A stretch of 63,991 nt of DNA, the filler included, from an uncultured bacterium (GTDB taxonomy: Bacteria; Hinthialibacterota; Hinthialibacteria; Hinthialibacterales; Hinthialibacteraceae): NCBI GenBank assembly GCA_964449065.1. It is 7 parts of 7 records of this genome, joined end to end, with 100 filler letters (N's around TTAATTAATTAA, not from the genome) between each part and the next. Parts side by side here need not be neighbours in the genome. Positions count along the whole stretch, not along the records: positions 1 to 9,395 come from CAYVAZ010000200.1; positions 9,496 to 18,777 come from CAYVAZ010000201.1; 5 more parts are not named here. One strand, given 5' to 3'. Positions 1 to 9,660 of this stretch are shown here, piece by piece. Position 1 is the stretch's first letter. Every line of letters begins with the position of its first letter. A program made the position numbers and the translations under genes. The notes under the pieces are model-generated. The model searched no databases. It was not told the DNA's origin and saw nothing but the letters and a program-made list of their open reading frames with translations.

Positions 1-328
1 GGATTTAAAGCTCGCAACAATACCTACCGTATAGAATTTTGCGTAACATGAGTTACTCTTATAGAATAACACGATTTTACCTTAATCAATACGAATAATT
101 TCTTTCCAATTCCACTGTTTATTCTGTCATTCAAATTCAATGTTTAACCGGTCACCGAAATTGAAGCGTTTTGATATCTTCACCAATTGATTTACGGTTT
201 TCTTGGTTTAAGCCGTTCAACCAATCACGCACCGGTTCCCGCCCAGAGTCGAGCCGTAAGAAAACAACTTGAATTGCTTTCATCATAAGTGCATTGCACC
301 TATTTTGGTACGCTTTTCAATATAAAGA

Positions 329-907
329 TTATTCATCTCTCCAACTTCTGCCTTGGTTGTCGAAGTAAATCATTCCTTCACTATTCATCCCATTGGATGG
401 AGCAAAATAATAGTCCGGTTTTGGTTCAAAATATACATAAGTCGAATCGATCCAATGACTGTTGAAATAGGTTTGGATGTCTTTTTCGCTTTCACGGTTC
501 CTAACCACAAAGACTCCTATCGGGACATCCATATCCATGCTTAATTCGTCCGGTTTGACGATATGGTCCATACCCAAATAAACAATCATTAAAAATTCAC
601 CTTGTTCTAACTGAAAATCATACTGGTCATCAGGGAAATGGGCGGCAATCCCCGGCGCTTCACCAATATAATGGTTCATAGGATTATTAGGAAACTTCTG
701 AATCATTTGGAATAGATACTTTCGAAAAGCATGTCCCGGTTGTTGTATGGCTTCAAGCATTTCCTTCAATTCCCCCTCATTTTTTTTAATCCGAGCCAAT
801 TCTTGATTTTCAAAAAACCGGGGGACCATCACCGCACATAAAATGCTCAGGATTAAAACAACGATGCCGCTTTCGAACAGGAGTTTTTTATTGGTTATGA
901 TCTTCAT
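329..907 (-). CDS. Divergent pilin/pseudopilin-like membrane protein
   Basis: N-terminal hydrophobic helix (LLFESGIVVLILSILCAVMVPRF); C-terminal YFAPSNGMNSEGMI resembles the C-termini of the pilins at 8484 and 51337. Confidence 0.55.
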   Translation of the reverse strand: MKIITNKKLLFESGIVVLILSILCAVMVPRFFENQELARIKKNEGELKEMLEAIQQPGHAFRKYLFQMIQKFPNNPMNHYIGEAPGIAAHFPDDQYDFQLEQGEFLMIVYLGMDHIVKPDELSMDMDVPIGVFVVRNRESEKDIQTYFNSHWIDSTYVYFEPKPDYYFAPSNGMNSEGMIYFDNQGRSWRDE

Positions 908-1029
908 CAGCGTTCTGTACCTATAACGTTTTGTTTTACTTTGGATATCGTATCACTTTCCATGTAGGCTGAAAATATCTCTCTCACCCCAATGACACAC
1001 GATCATCTTGATGATATTTTCCTACTATT

Positions 1030-1209
1030 GTGGAACACAAAGAGCGGGACAGCAGAGAAGCGCGGGAAGCGTTTGAAAAGAAGTACCTCAAAAAGCTGCT
1101 GGAAATGAACGACGGGAATGTCACCCAATCCGCGCAACTCGCGGGCATCAGCAGGCGGCACTTGCAAGAGTTGATGAAAAAATACGGTCTGCGCCCGAAG
1201 GATGAGTAA
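1030..1209 (+). CDS. Small Fis-type HTH protein or C-terminal remnant of an NtrC-family regulator (59 aa, below ORF-track cutoff)
   Basis: Hand translation from GTG1030: ...REAREAFEKKYLKKLLEMNDGNVTQSAQLAGISRRHLQELMKKYGL..., typical HTH_8 pattern. Confidence 0.65.
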   Translation: MEHKERDSREAREAFEKKYLKKLLEMNDGNVTQSAQLAGISRRHLQELMKKYGLRPKDE

Positions 1210-1351
1210 GGAGTGATGAATGATGGATTAAAATGAAGTGAGTTCTATTTTAAAACCGGCTATTTGAAAATGTCTATCGAAAGTAAAACCCGTATTGATT
1301 TTGTGTTATTTCATCAATACAATTAATTTCTTTCAAATTCTACTGTTTATT

Positions 1352-1636
1352 CTAACATTCAAATTCAATTTTTAACCGTCCGCCCAATGCATGTGCCGCG
1401 CTTTGCAAGGTTTGTAATGTGACCGAAGGATTTTCCGGGTCGAGCAGTCTGTCCAACGCGGAACGGCTTGTCGCCATACGTCTTGCCATTTCCGCTTTGC
1501 TGAGGCGCTCTTCCGACATCTTTTCCGCTAGATGCAGAGCGATGCAGCGTTGAATGGCGACTGCGGTTACCTCTTCCAGGATACCTTCCTCTTCCTGAAA
1601 ATCGTCGAAGTTGCTGCCAAGGTTTTTCTTGCTCAT
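1352..1636 (-). CDS. XRE/HigA-like HTH antitoxin
   Basis: GSNFDDF-EEEGILEEV...SKAEMARRMATSRSALDRLLDPENPSVTLQTL; lies downstream of a RelE-like gene. Confidence 0.85.
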   Translation of the reverse strand: MSKKNLGSNFDDFQEEEGILEEVTAVAIQRCIALHLAEKMSEERLSKAEMARRMATSRSALDRLLDPENPSVTLQTLQSAAHALGGRLKIEFEC

Positions 1637-1637
1637 G

Positions 1638-1832
1638 TTATACCCTTAATTTCTTTAAACGGCGTTTCGCAATCGTTAATTCCTTGAGTGGAGTCGTCTG
1701 TGATTTCTTGATTAAGCCATGTAAAAGGACAATCTTCTCGTCAAAAGTGGTAAAGAATATCCTGGCGATTCCTAAATCGATATGAGATCGTAATTCCCAA
1801 AGATTCTCCTCCATTTTACGCATAAGCGGCAT
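1638..1832 (-). pseudogene. RelE/HigB (Gp49-like) toxin, N-terminally truncated
   Basis: MPL-RKMEENLWELRS...ARIFF...IVLLHGLIKKSQTTP motif; in-frame TAA a few codons upstream removes the usual N-terminal part. Confidence 0.65.
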
Positions 1833-2138
1833 TCCTGCCGACCACTGGAGTTACCGCTTCTTGAATGCGTATTCCATCACTCGATTTTGGCCACGGATTG
1901 CCTGTAGTATCCGGCTTGAAACATGGACATGGTGTAAGCCTATCTATATAGAAACAATGGATTTAGGTAGCATACCCTTCCCCAAGCATAATGTAACGTT
2001 TCTATTCATTATAAACGTTTCAAAAAAAACCCGCAAAAAAAATTCAATATCCGCACCCGGTTTGCCGATATATCAAGCAACGGACTTAATAGATTTACTT
2101 GAATTGATTTTATTTTATTTGAGAGCGATGAGAGCATC

Positions 2139-2831
2139 ATGAACCGAAACTACACGGATGTAGACACGCTAGAGGTCTATCTCGACAGTGCCGCATTGGC
2201 TGTACGCAGTGGATCCCGCAATGCCGCGGAAAAACTCTATACCAAAGCCCTACAAGAAGCCGAACTCTTAGGCAAAAAAGACCCGCGCCTGGTGCAGGTT
2301 TTGGATACCGCCGCTTCCTTCTTCGAAAAAACCGGTAGATTGAACCATGCGGAACAACTCTACCGCCGCGCGCTGCAACTCAATTACAACTACCGCGAAC
2401 ACGAGCATCCCGAAGTCATTGCGTCGGTCAACAATCTCGCCTCCATCTTAATCAAACTCCACCGGTTTAACGAAGCCGAATCGCTGCTGCGGGTAGCGGT
2501 CGGTATGTTAAAGATGTACCCCGGCAGCATGCAGGATTTGCTCATTGAAACCATGTGCAACCGTGCCGCTTTGCTGATGGAGCAAGAGCAGTACACCGAA
2601 GCCGAAACCCACTTGACCCAAGCATTGCGCAAAGCGGAGCAGGTGATGGGCGACTGCCACCCCACCGTGGCGTGCATTATGGAACAATATGCGGATCTCT
2701 TAAAACGCTCGAACCGCAGTCTCGAATCCGAACGCGTGCATTCCGACGCGCTGAAGTTAATCCGCAATTTTAAATTTACCAAGGCAGACCCGCCGGCTGG
2801 GTACACGCCCCCCGCGTACGCGGCCGGCTAA
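2139..2831 (+). CDS. Tetratricopeptide repeat protein (kinesin-light-chain-like TPRs)
   Basis: Repeated AE-LY-RAL, HPEVIASVNNLA and HPTVA motifs. Confidence 0.85.
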   Translation: MNRNYTDVDTLEVYLDSAALAVRSGSRNAAEKLYTKALQEAELLGKKDPRLVQVLDTAASFFEKTGRLNHAEQLYRRALQLNYNYREHEHPEVIASVNNLASILIKLHRFNEAESLLRVAVGMLKMYPGSMQDLLIETMCNRAALLMEQEQYTEAETHLTQALRKAEQVMGDCHPTVACIMEQYADLLKRSNRSLESERVHSDALKLIRNFKFTKADPPAGYTPPAYAAG

Positions 2832-3822
2832 CATACCCCAACGTATTGGATTTAGCCCCCAATACCCCTCTCTTACCCTCCTGCACCCCCTCGCAGGAGG
2901 TTTTTTTTGCTATCACAATTCCCTGGGTGCATGTCATCTCTCTCAGTAAAAGAGATCGTTCCAGAGAAACCATAGGATTGAAGTGCGCTGATAAGTATAT
3001 CGATCTCCCCTACCCTCCCTTGACAATCTGAAGTTTACCCAAAAGTTTTCTTTGGTTTTGTTTTATACCCCAGCGGGGTGTATTCGAACTGAATTTGTGG
3101 GTAAAGATTAGCTTAACAAGGGGGGGGGAGCCGCAGGCTCCAGGGGATTTGCGCCGTTGGGTTCCGCTTCCATCTCCACTGCTTCGCCAACCCAATCGGA
3201 AATTGGTTACGCGGCATAACCGGTGAGAGATGTAACATGCACCCCAATTCCCTTGCAATTCCCTTGCTTATTTGATTTTTATCCCCATTCTAGTTAGGAT
3301 TGGTTCATTACCGGTGTGATTGAGGAATATCGGGAAAGAAAGGCGCTAAGTCTTTCTTTCGCTGCGGCTTTTCGCCGCGCTAAATGAACAATCCTAAATG
3401 AAAATGCTATAACATTTATCTTCATTAATTCTCGTGTATTCGCGTTCACTCGCGGTTACAAAAATTGATCACGCTCAAATTGTTACTATAAACCTAAAAA
3501 AAGCAGATGCTATTGAAAAGTATGCCATAACTTTTTAAATATAATATAATTATGAAATGCGGAGCAGTTGAAAAATATTTACCAAAAGGGTGAGAGCGAT
3601 CAATCGTAGAATTTCTTGAATTCGTTGGACTTATCACTCGTCACTCCTAAGAAACACTTTTGTAAGTCTAGTCGTATGAGCATCTTGCTAAATCACTCAA
3701 TTTCAGGCTGGAAGCCTGTGCTACAAGATTCCAAGTGTTTCATTTTCGGTCTATCCCTCAAGGCTTTTTTGAGGGTTCGGTGCTTGTCACTAATCACTGT
3801 TTTTAGGATAAAGGATTCCCCA

Positions 3823-5187
3823 ATGCCCAAGAGCCAACCAAACCGCGAACAAGGCGATACCAATATCTCTCCAGAACGCCAAAAATATTGGGAACGCAAC
3901 CTCACCGGCGAAACCAAACACTGGTTTGATGAAGACTGCAAATACTTCCTGAAACAGAACCTTTCCACCCCGGTTTTGAACGTCATCCAAAAAGCCTACG
4001 GCCCGTACATTGAAGACCTCAACGGCAAACGCTATCTCGATATGCACGGCAACGGCGTTCACAACGCGGGGTTCAACAACCCCAACGTGATTGAAGCGGT
4101 CCAAAAGCAAATGGAGGATCAAATGACCTTCTGCCCCCGCCGCTATACCAACATCCCCGCCATTCAGCTCGCGAAAAAACTGGCGAAAATCACCCCCGGC
4201 GGACTGGGCAAATCCCTCTTTGCCCCCGGCGGTTCCGAAGCCGTTGAAATGGCCATCTCGCTCGCCAAACAAATCACCGGCAACTGGAAAACCATCTCCT
4301 TTTGGGATTCTTACCACGGCACCGGTTTTGCCGCCGCCAGTGTCAGCGGGGAAGAACTTTTTCACGGCGGCCTCGGCCCCCTCGTTCCCGGCGCTTATCA
4401 TGTCGAGTTCCCCAACTACTACCGCAATCCCTGGAACTTCAAAACCGAAGAAGAAGTAGACGCCGAATGCATCCGCCAAATGAAGATCCTCCTGGAAAAA
4501 GAACCCGACATCGCCTGCATCATCGGTGAACCCATTTCCGCCACCCCTGTCGTCCCCAGCCAAAACTACTGGCGGCAGGTCAAAGACCTTTGCGAAGATC
4601 ACGGCGCTCTGCTCATCTTCGATGAAATCATCGAAGGCTTCGGGCGTACGGGAACCATGTTCGCCAGCCAACAGTTTGTCACACCCGATGTATTGGTCTT
4701 AGGCAAATCGTTAGGAGGCGGTCTTGTCCCCTTCGCGGGAATCGTGACCCACGAAAAGTACGACACCCTCCCTCACCGCTCCATCGGCCATTACACGCAT
4801 GAAAAAAACGCCCTCTGCTCCGCCGCGGCCTTGGCGGAAATCGAATACATCGAAGAACATAACCTCTGCGAACACGCCGCCAAGTTGGGAACGTACACGC
4901 TGAACCGCTTGAATGAAATGAAAGAGAACTATGAGATCATCGGCAACGTGGCCGGCAAAGGACTTCACATCGGTATCGATTTGGTCAAAAACCGCGAGAC
5001 CAAAGAAAAAGCGGTCGATGAAGCCGAACGCATCCTCTTCCGCAGCATGGAACGCGGCCTCGCCTTCAAAACCATCGAAGGAAGCGTTATCACCCTGCGC
5101 CCTTCCCTCGTCATCACCCAACCCCAAATGGACGAAGCCCTCTCCATCCTCGAAGAATCCATCGCCGAAGAGGTAAGTACCAAGTAG
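3823..5187 (+). CDS. Class III PLP aminotransferase-fold enzyme, PbfA-like (hydroxy-aminoethylphosphonate ammonia-lyase family)
   Basis: LIFDEIIEGFGRTG and LGKSLGGG PLP motifs; GDTNISPER, QNLSTP, DMHGNGVH and GHYTHEK resemble PbfA; likely ATG at 3823 after AAGGA. Confidence 0.8.
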   Translation: MPKSQPNREQGDTNISPERQKYWERNLTGETKHWFDEDCKYFLKQNLSTPVLNVIQKAYGPYIEDLNGKRYLDMHGNGVHNAGFNNPNVIEAVQKQMEDQMTFCPRRYTNIPAIQLAKKLAKITPGGLGKSLFAPGGSEAVEMAISLAKQITGNWKTISFWDSYHGTGFAAASVSGEELFHGGLGPLVPGAYHVEFPNYYRNPWNFKTEEEVDAECIRQMKILLEKEPDIACIIGEPISATPVVPSQNYWRQVKDLCEDHGALLIFDEIIEGFGRTGTMFASQQFVTPDVLVLGKSLGGGLVPFAGIVTHEKYDTLPHRSIGHYTHEKNALCSAAALAEIEYIEEHNLCEHAAKLGTYTLNRLNEMKENYEIIGNVAGKGLHIGIDLVKNRETKEKAVDEAERILFRSMERGLAFKTIEGSVITLRPSLVITQPQMDEALSILEESIAEEVSTK

Positions 5188-5208
5188 TTGTTGCACCCTT
5201 ATTAAGGG

Positions 5209-5372
5209 CAATGGCATTGACTGAAGGAACTCAACCTAAAAAACAACGCTTTGCCTCCCCCAAAGTATTTGGGGGAAATGTCCAACGCAAGCAGGACAGA
5301 GGGGGGGTGAAGAACGCAATCACTTATTTTATTACACAAATCCCCCGGATTTTCTTTATGTCAATGCCATTG
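5209..5372. mobile_element. MITE family A (13-bp terminal inverted repeats CAATGGCATTGAC)
   Basis: Perfect IR at 5209-5221 / 5360-5372; internal sequence shared with 57743-57888. Confidence 0.65.
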
Positions 5373-5429
5373 GGATAAGGGGGATCAAAGACAATCTCTT
5401 TCTATCTAATCAAACCTGAATGACTCCAA

Positions 5430-6191
5430 TTAAAATAATTCTTGGATTAGATCATTCAATTTATCTTTGTATCTTCGGCTCATCCCCATGGTTTTGCCGT
5501 TCTTTAGGCGAACGACGAAGTCATAACCATCGGGTTGGATATCGACGACGCGGTCTAAATTTACAATGGCGGTGCGGTGGACTCGGATGAATTGTTCCGG
5601 ATTGAGTTTGGCTTCCATATTGGCCATGGTTTCGCGGATTAAATGGGTTTGATCTCCGGTATGAATGTCCACATAATTTCCTGCCGATTCAATCCAATCG
5701 ATTTCATTGACCTGCAAAAAATAAATACGCGAAGTGGAACGGATGGCCAAGCGCTTCACGGTTTTCTTTTCCGGCTCGATTTGCCGCAACACGTCCACCA
5801 ACTGTTCGGATGAGGGTTTGTCCTTTTGCTGCTCCACAAACTGCAACACCCGGTTTACGGCATCACGAAAGCGTTTGGGAGAGAAGGGTTTCAGCAAATA
5901 ATCGAAGGCGTGTTTTTCAAACGCATCGATGGCGTATTGGTTGTATGCGGTGACAAAGATGATAAACGGCATCTGATCCGTGCCGATGGTGTTAATGACT
6001 TCCATGCCGTCCATTTCCGGCATGTGGATATCCAAGAACACCACATCCGGCTTGTGGTCAACAATGGCCTGTACGGTTTCGATACCGTTGGTGCATTCCG
6101 CGCAAACCTGAATATCTTCAAATTCCTTTAACGCATTGACGATTTGTCTGCGTGCCAAGGGTTCATCGTCTGCTATGATTACTTGAATCAT
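5430..6191 (-). CDS. LytTR-family response regulator
   Basis: REC domain (IIADDEPLAR, FLDIHMP, FVTAY, DYLLKP) plus LytTR domain (FIRVHRTAIVN). Confidence 0.95.
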   Translation of the reverse strand: MIQVIIADDEPLARRQIVNALKEFEDIQVCAECTNGIETVQAIVDHKPDVVFLDIHMPEMDGMEVINTIGTDQMPFIIFVTAYNQYAIDAFEKHAFDYLLKPFSPKRFRDAVNRVLQFVEQQKDKPSSEQLVDVLRQIEPEKKTVKRLAIRSTSRIYFLQVNEIDWIESAGNYVDIHTGDQTHLIRETMANMEAKLNPEQFIRVHRTAIVNLDRVVDIQPDGYDFVVRLKNGKTMGMSRRYKDKLNDLIQELF

Positions 6192-7366
6192 GTTTCCTCT
6201 TGCCGATTTTTATTGAATTGACCGGATGTCTTTATGGGGATAACAATCACCGCTTCGGTTTCCTGGTTTTCATTTTTACTCAATTGCATATCAAATTCAT
6301 CTCCATACAAATGCTCAAGCCGTTTTAAAGTATTTTGCAATCCCACTCCTTTTTCAAAGGCTCCCTGCAAATCATCTTCGGTGCAAGGGCCGTTATCGAT
6401 CACCCGCATCTCCAACCGGTCATCCCGTTTGCAGATGCGGATTCGAACCATCCCCGGTCCGGCGTGCTGCAAGTTGCCGTGGCGAATGGCGTTTTCTACC
6501 AGCGGCTGCAGGATAAACGCGGGAACTTCAATCGTTCCCAAACCGGAGTCAATTTCTTTTTCAATCGTTAAGCGGTCGGAAAAGCGTACCAATTCGATCT
6601 CCAAATAATTCTCCAAAAACGCGAGTTCTTCACGCAGGGATATCAACTGCACATCCGCGGTTTGCAGGGTGTGGCGAAACATTTCGCTGAGATTGGTAAT
6701 CATTTCGTCGGCGGTTTCCATATTTGCTTGTAAATTATGGGGATCGGTTTTTTCACGGAGTAAGGTTGAGATGGAGTTTAGCGTATTGAATAAAAAGTGC
6801 GGCTGCAACTGCATTTTTAACGCGCTGAGTTGCGCGTTCGCCAGCTCCGACTGCATCTGGGATTGCTCGATATCCCGTTCCTTTAACAATTGGCTGTATC
6901 GAAGCGCGTACATTGTCCCCAGGATAAACCAAAAAATAAGGGATTCGATCATGACTTTTCTTGAGATCATAAAATGGAAAATATTTTGCAGGGAAGGTTC
7001 TCCCCCCCATGGTCTCGGAAAAAACATGGGAGAAAGATATTCCAAAAAAAAGCCTTTGTATAATACCACAAGCCCGGTTCCCAATAGGATATACAACACA
7101 GCCTGCCAAACTTTGCTGTTTTCATCCAGATGCTTTTTTACGACCCAATAGGCCACGGGAACGGTTGGTACCCAACTGTTCCAACCCCATAACGAACGCC
7201 ATAAGCCATTCCATACATTCCCCTGTCTTCTAGAGTCACCGACAAAATCTTCCAATTCACTGATGACGCCGAACATCGTGAAAAAGAGCAATGCCCCTGC
7301 GATATAAACCAGCAAACTATATTTTTGAGGGATACGCAAGATAAAGTGCCTCCCGGTTGCAGCCAA
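6188..7366 (-). CDS. LytS/YehU-family sensor histidine kinase
   Basis: N-terminal TM helices; LKMQLQPHFLFNTLNSI, LQPLVENAIRHG, GVGLQNT; 4-nt overlap with the regulator. Confidence 0.93.
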   Translation of the reverse strand: MAATGRHFILRIPQKYSLLVYIAGALLFFTMFGVISELEDFVGDSRRQGNVWNGLWRSLWGWNSWVPTVPVAYWVVKKHLDENSKVWQAVLYILLGTGLVVLYKGFFLEYLSPMFFPRPWGGEPSLQNIFHFMISRKVMIESLIFWFILGTMYALRYSQLLKERDIEQSQMQSELANAQLSALKMQLQPHFLFNTLNSISTLLREKTDPHNLQANMETADEMITNLSEMFRHTLQTADVQLISLREELAFLENYLEIELVRFSDRLTIEKEIDSGLGTIEVPAFILQPLVENAIRHGNLQHAGPGMVRIRICKRDDRLEMRVIDNGPCTEDDLQGAFEKGVGLQNTLKRLEHLYGDEFDMQLSKNENQETEAVIVIPIKTSGQFNKNRQEET

Positions 7367-7651
7367 TCATACGAGTGGATATATTCGAATGGAATCGAAA
7401 AAAATTAACATGGATCAATGCTGTGTCAATGCTGTAAATTGATCATTGTATCTCAGGTAAAATACAAAGAGAAAAAAAATGACGGAGAGCTTCTGGGAAG
7501 AAAGTAACGCTCTCTATTCGTCAATAGAGTGAGGATACATACTCTCCGTCATCAATGTTCAACAGTTTTAACAGTAGGCTATTCGTTCACCTATTGTCAT
7601 TTGTTTTGTGATCAACGGATATATGTTGGGTTAAACCCAACATCGTAGGGA

Positions 7652-8182
7652 TCATCCGCTTTTTGCCGACCCATTCACTTTTACATCATTCAGCAAATGC
7701 AGCGGAATCTGTTCTTTATCCCCTACTTGAAACGCGAATACCCCGTCGTTCCTGGCCACCAGCCCGCTTTGATACAATCCGCCGGAATTCAGAAACACCA
7801 GACTGGTTTCGTGATCGCGGTATCCCAACACGGAACGGCGGATGCCTTTTTCGTCATATACATGAAATCCGTTGGATTGAGGCTCGGAAAACAGGGCATT
7901 TCGGGGGACGCCATGCCGGTCAAACATCGCAAAGAGGGTCATATCATTGCGTGTTGATAGTTCGGAACGAACCGCTCCCGATTCATCTTGCAGGATAAAT
8001 TTTTCCGCCCGGACAACCTTGGGACGGAATAGATCCACTCCCATATATTGCGCGATAAAAATGCACAAGAACAAGATGGAAAGGCAATAGGTGACAGTCA
8101 GGATTTTGCGCTGTGATTTCAGCTTTTGATCCAACTTGTTGATTCTGGAAACTAACTCATTCATATCGTGTTGAGAATGCAT
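7652..8182 (-). CDS. Hypothetical single-TM protein with beta-rich repeats
   Basis: Coiled coil + TM helix + VVRAEKFILQDESG and repeated D-x-x-G-x-x-R turns; GGAG RBS. Confidence 0.7.
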   Translation of the reverse strand: MHSQHDMNELVSRINKLDQKLKSQRKILTVTYCLSILFLCIFIAQYMGVDLFRPKVVRAEKFILQDESGAVRSELSTRNDMTLFAMFDRHGVPRNALFSEPQSNGFHVYDEKGIRRSVLGYRDHETSLVFLNSGGLYQSGLVARNDGVFAFQVGDKEQIPLHLLNDVKVNGSAKSG

Positions 8183-8483
8183 CTAAAACTCCTTTCGATA
8201 CCAAGGGCTATAGGAATATGGATTCGTTTTGCGATCGGGTCTATCAAACACATCCGTTTTCACGTTATATTACGTTACGAAGACGAAAATGGTTCATGTT
8301 TTGTGACGTGTGGATACAACTTGGGTTGAACTGTAAATAAGTGGGATGAAAACGAAAACCACCAATTACCTGACAGTTGATGCCTACATAAATGTTTCCC
8401 ATATTCATCTAATCTAAACAAAGTTCCTGTATAAAGTAACATTCCACTGAATCAGTAACCCATGGCAGAAAGGTGTTTATCGT

Positions 8484-9092
8484 ATGAACCGGGCATTTAC
8501 GCTTATTGAACTGCTAATCGTGGTGGCCATCATCGGCATTCTTGCCGCCATTGCAGTCCCCAACTTTTTAAACGCGCAAATCCGCGCGAAAGTGGCGAAA
8601 GTCTATGCCGACCAGCAGGCCTACGGCACCGCGTTTGAAGTGTACTTTCTCGATTGGAACCGTTATCCCTTCGAGCGTGACTGCGGCTGTACCTATGTCC
8701 AGTACCTGAAAGGCTTAACCACTCCGGTCGCGTATATGACCAGTGTTGAACGGCCTGACCCATTTGAACCCCCGCCTTCGCAATACGCGAACGGCTGTCC
8801 GGATTGGAAATCTACCTATCACTATGTCAACTATAACGGAGTATGGGGTCATTGTGTTTATGCAGACTTTAACCCCAACGCCTACACCGTTATGAGTTAC
8901 GGCCCCGACCAGCATCAAGATGGAGCCGAGCACTACATTCGATGCTTTAAATTTGGAAACTGTGGTTCGGGTACCCCATCGGGAGCGCGGGGGAACAATC
9001 TGTTGTATCACTCATCCAACGGTCTCATCAGCGGGGGAGACATTGCGCGCACCGGTGGAGAATCCGGCACCCCAACGATCATCGGCGGTTGA
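8484..9092 (+). CDS. Prepilin-type N-terminal cleavage/methylation domain protein
   Basis: [56 protein letters not shown]. Confidence 0.92.
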   Translation: MNRAFTLIELLIVVAIIGILAAIAVPNFLNAQIRAKVAKVYADQQAYGTAFEVYFLDWNRYPFERDCGCTYVQYLKGLTTPVAYMTSVERPDPFEPPPSQYANGCPDWKSTYHYVNYNGVWGHCVYADFNPNAYTVMSYGPDQHQDGAEHYIRCFKFGNCGSGTPSGARGNNLLYHSSNGLISGGDIARTGGESGTPTIIGG

Positions 9093-9252
9093 TGCAGTTA
9101 CGTCTCTCTTATTTAGAAGAATTTATTTAGAAGAATTTAGGGGGACCGAAAAAACGGTACGCTTTCAGCAACCGTTCTAATTTTCACCCGGCCGTTGACA
9201 TTTACCTCCGGTTTCATGGTATGATGTAAGAATTAAACAGCAGGAGAAAATC

Positions 9253-9395
9253 ATGGAATTTATTTACACTAAAATGCATCCCCACAAAATCATGCGGCAG
9301 TTATTTTTTGGTATTGTGACTTTCATTACTCTACTATTCATTCAATGGATATTTACATTTTATGTGATGGCAGCTGACAATACCAAAATCAAATT
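9253..9395 (+). CDS. Partial exported/membrane protein, truncated by contig end
   Basis: AGGAG RBS, signal-like hydrophobic stretch; TTGACA(9195)...TGGTATGAT promoter-like motif upstream. Confidence 0.45.
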
Positions 9396-9495
9396 NNNNN
9401 NNNNNNNNNNNNNNNNNNNNNNNNNNNNNNNNNNNNNNNTTAATTAATTAANNNNNNNNNNNNNNNNNNNNNNNNNNNNNNNNNNNNNNNNNNNN
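9396..9495. other. Artificial contig linker
   Basis: N44-TTAATTAATTAA-N44, stop codons in all frames. Confidence 0.97.
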
Positions 9496-9660
9496 AGAGA
9501 GATTTCCCCTCCCAAGCCTGGGAGGGGTTAGGGGAGGGTTGATCCGGTTTCGTAAGAGAGTGTCTTACCCCTTTTTACCCCCCTCCTAACCTCCCCCATT
9601 GCATTGGGGGAGGAATAAGGAACCTCTTTTTGATTTATTACTTCACACCGCTGACCTGTT
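9496..9660. repeat. MITE/REP family B (GGTCAGCG...GCTGACC ends; CCTCCCCCA-TGCA-TGGGGGAGG hairpin), partial
   Basis: Same hairpin and end motifs at 56797-56961 and 63909-63991. Confidence 0.6.

Noticed and set aside
3616..3822. 69-aa N-terminal extension of the aminotransferase ORF
   Set aside because: Runs through repeat DNA also found near 9675; RBS and family N-terminus support ATG 3823
3790..4671. Long antisense ORFs (for example 3790-4671, 47442-48176, 61315-62010)
   Set aside because: Shadows of well-supported genes on the opposite strand, caused by codon bias
9440..9451. Recurrent TTAATTAATTAA palindrome within N runs
   Set aside because: Artificial six-frame-stop contig linker, not biological; gene neighbourhoods across it were ignored
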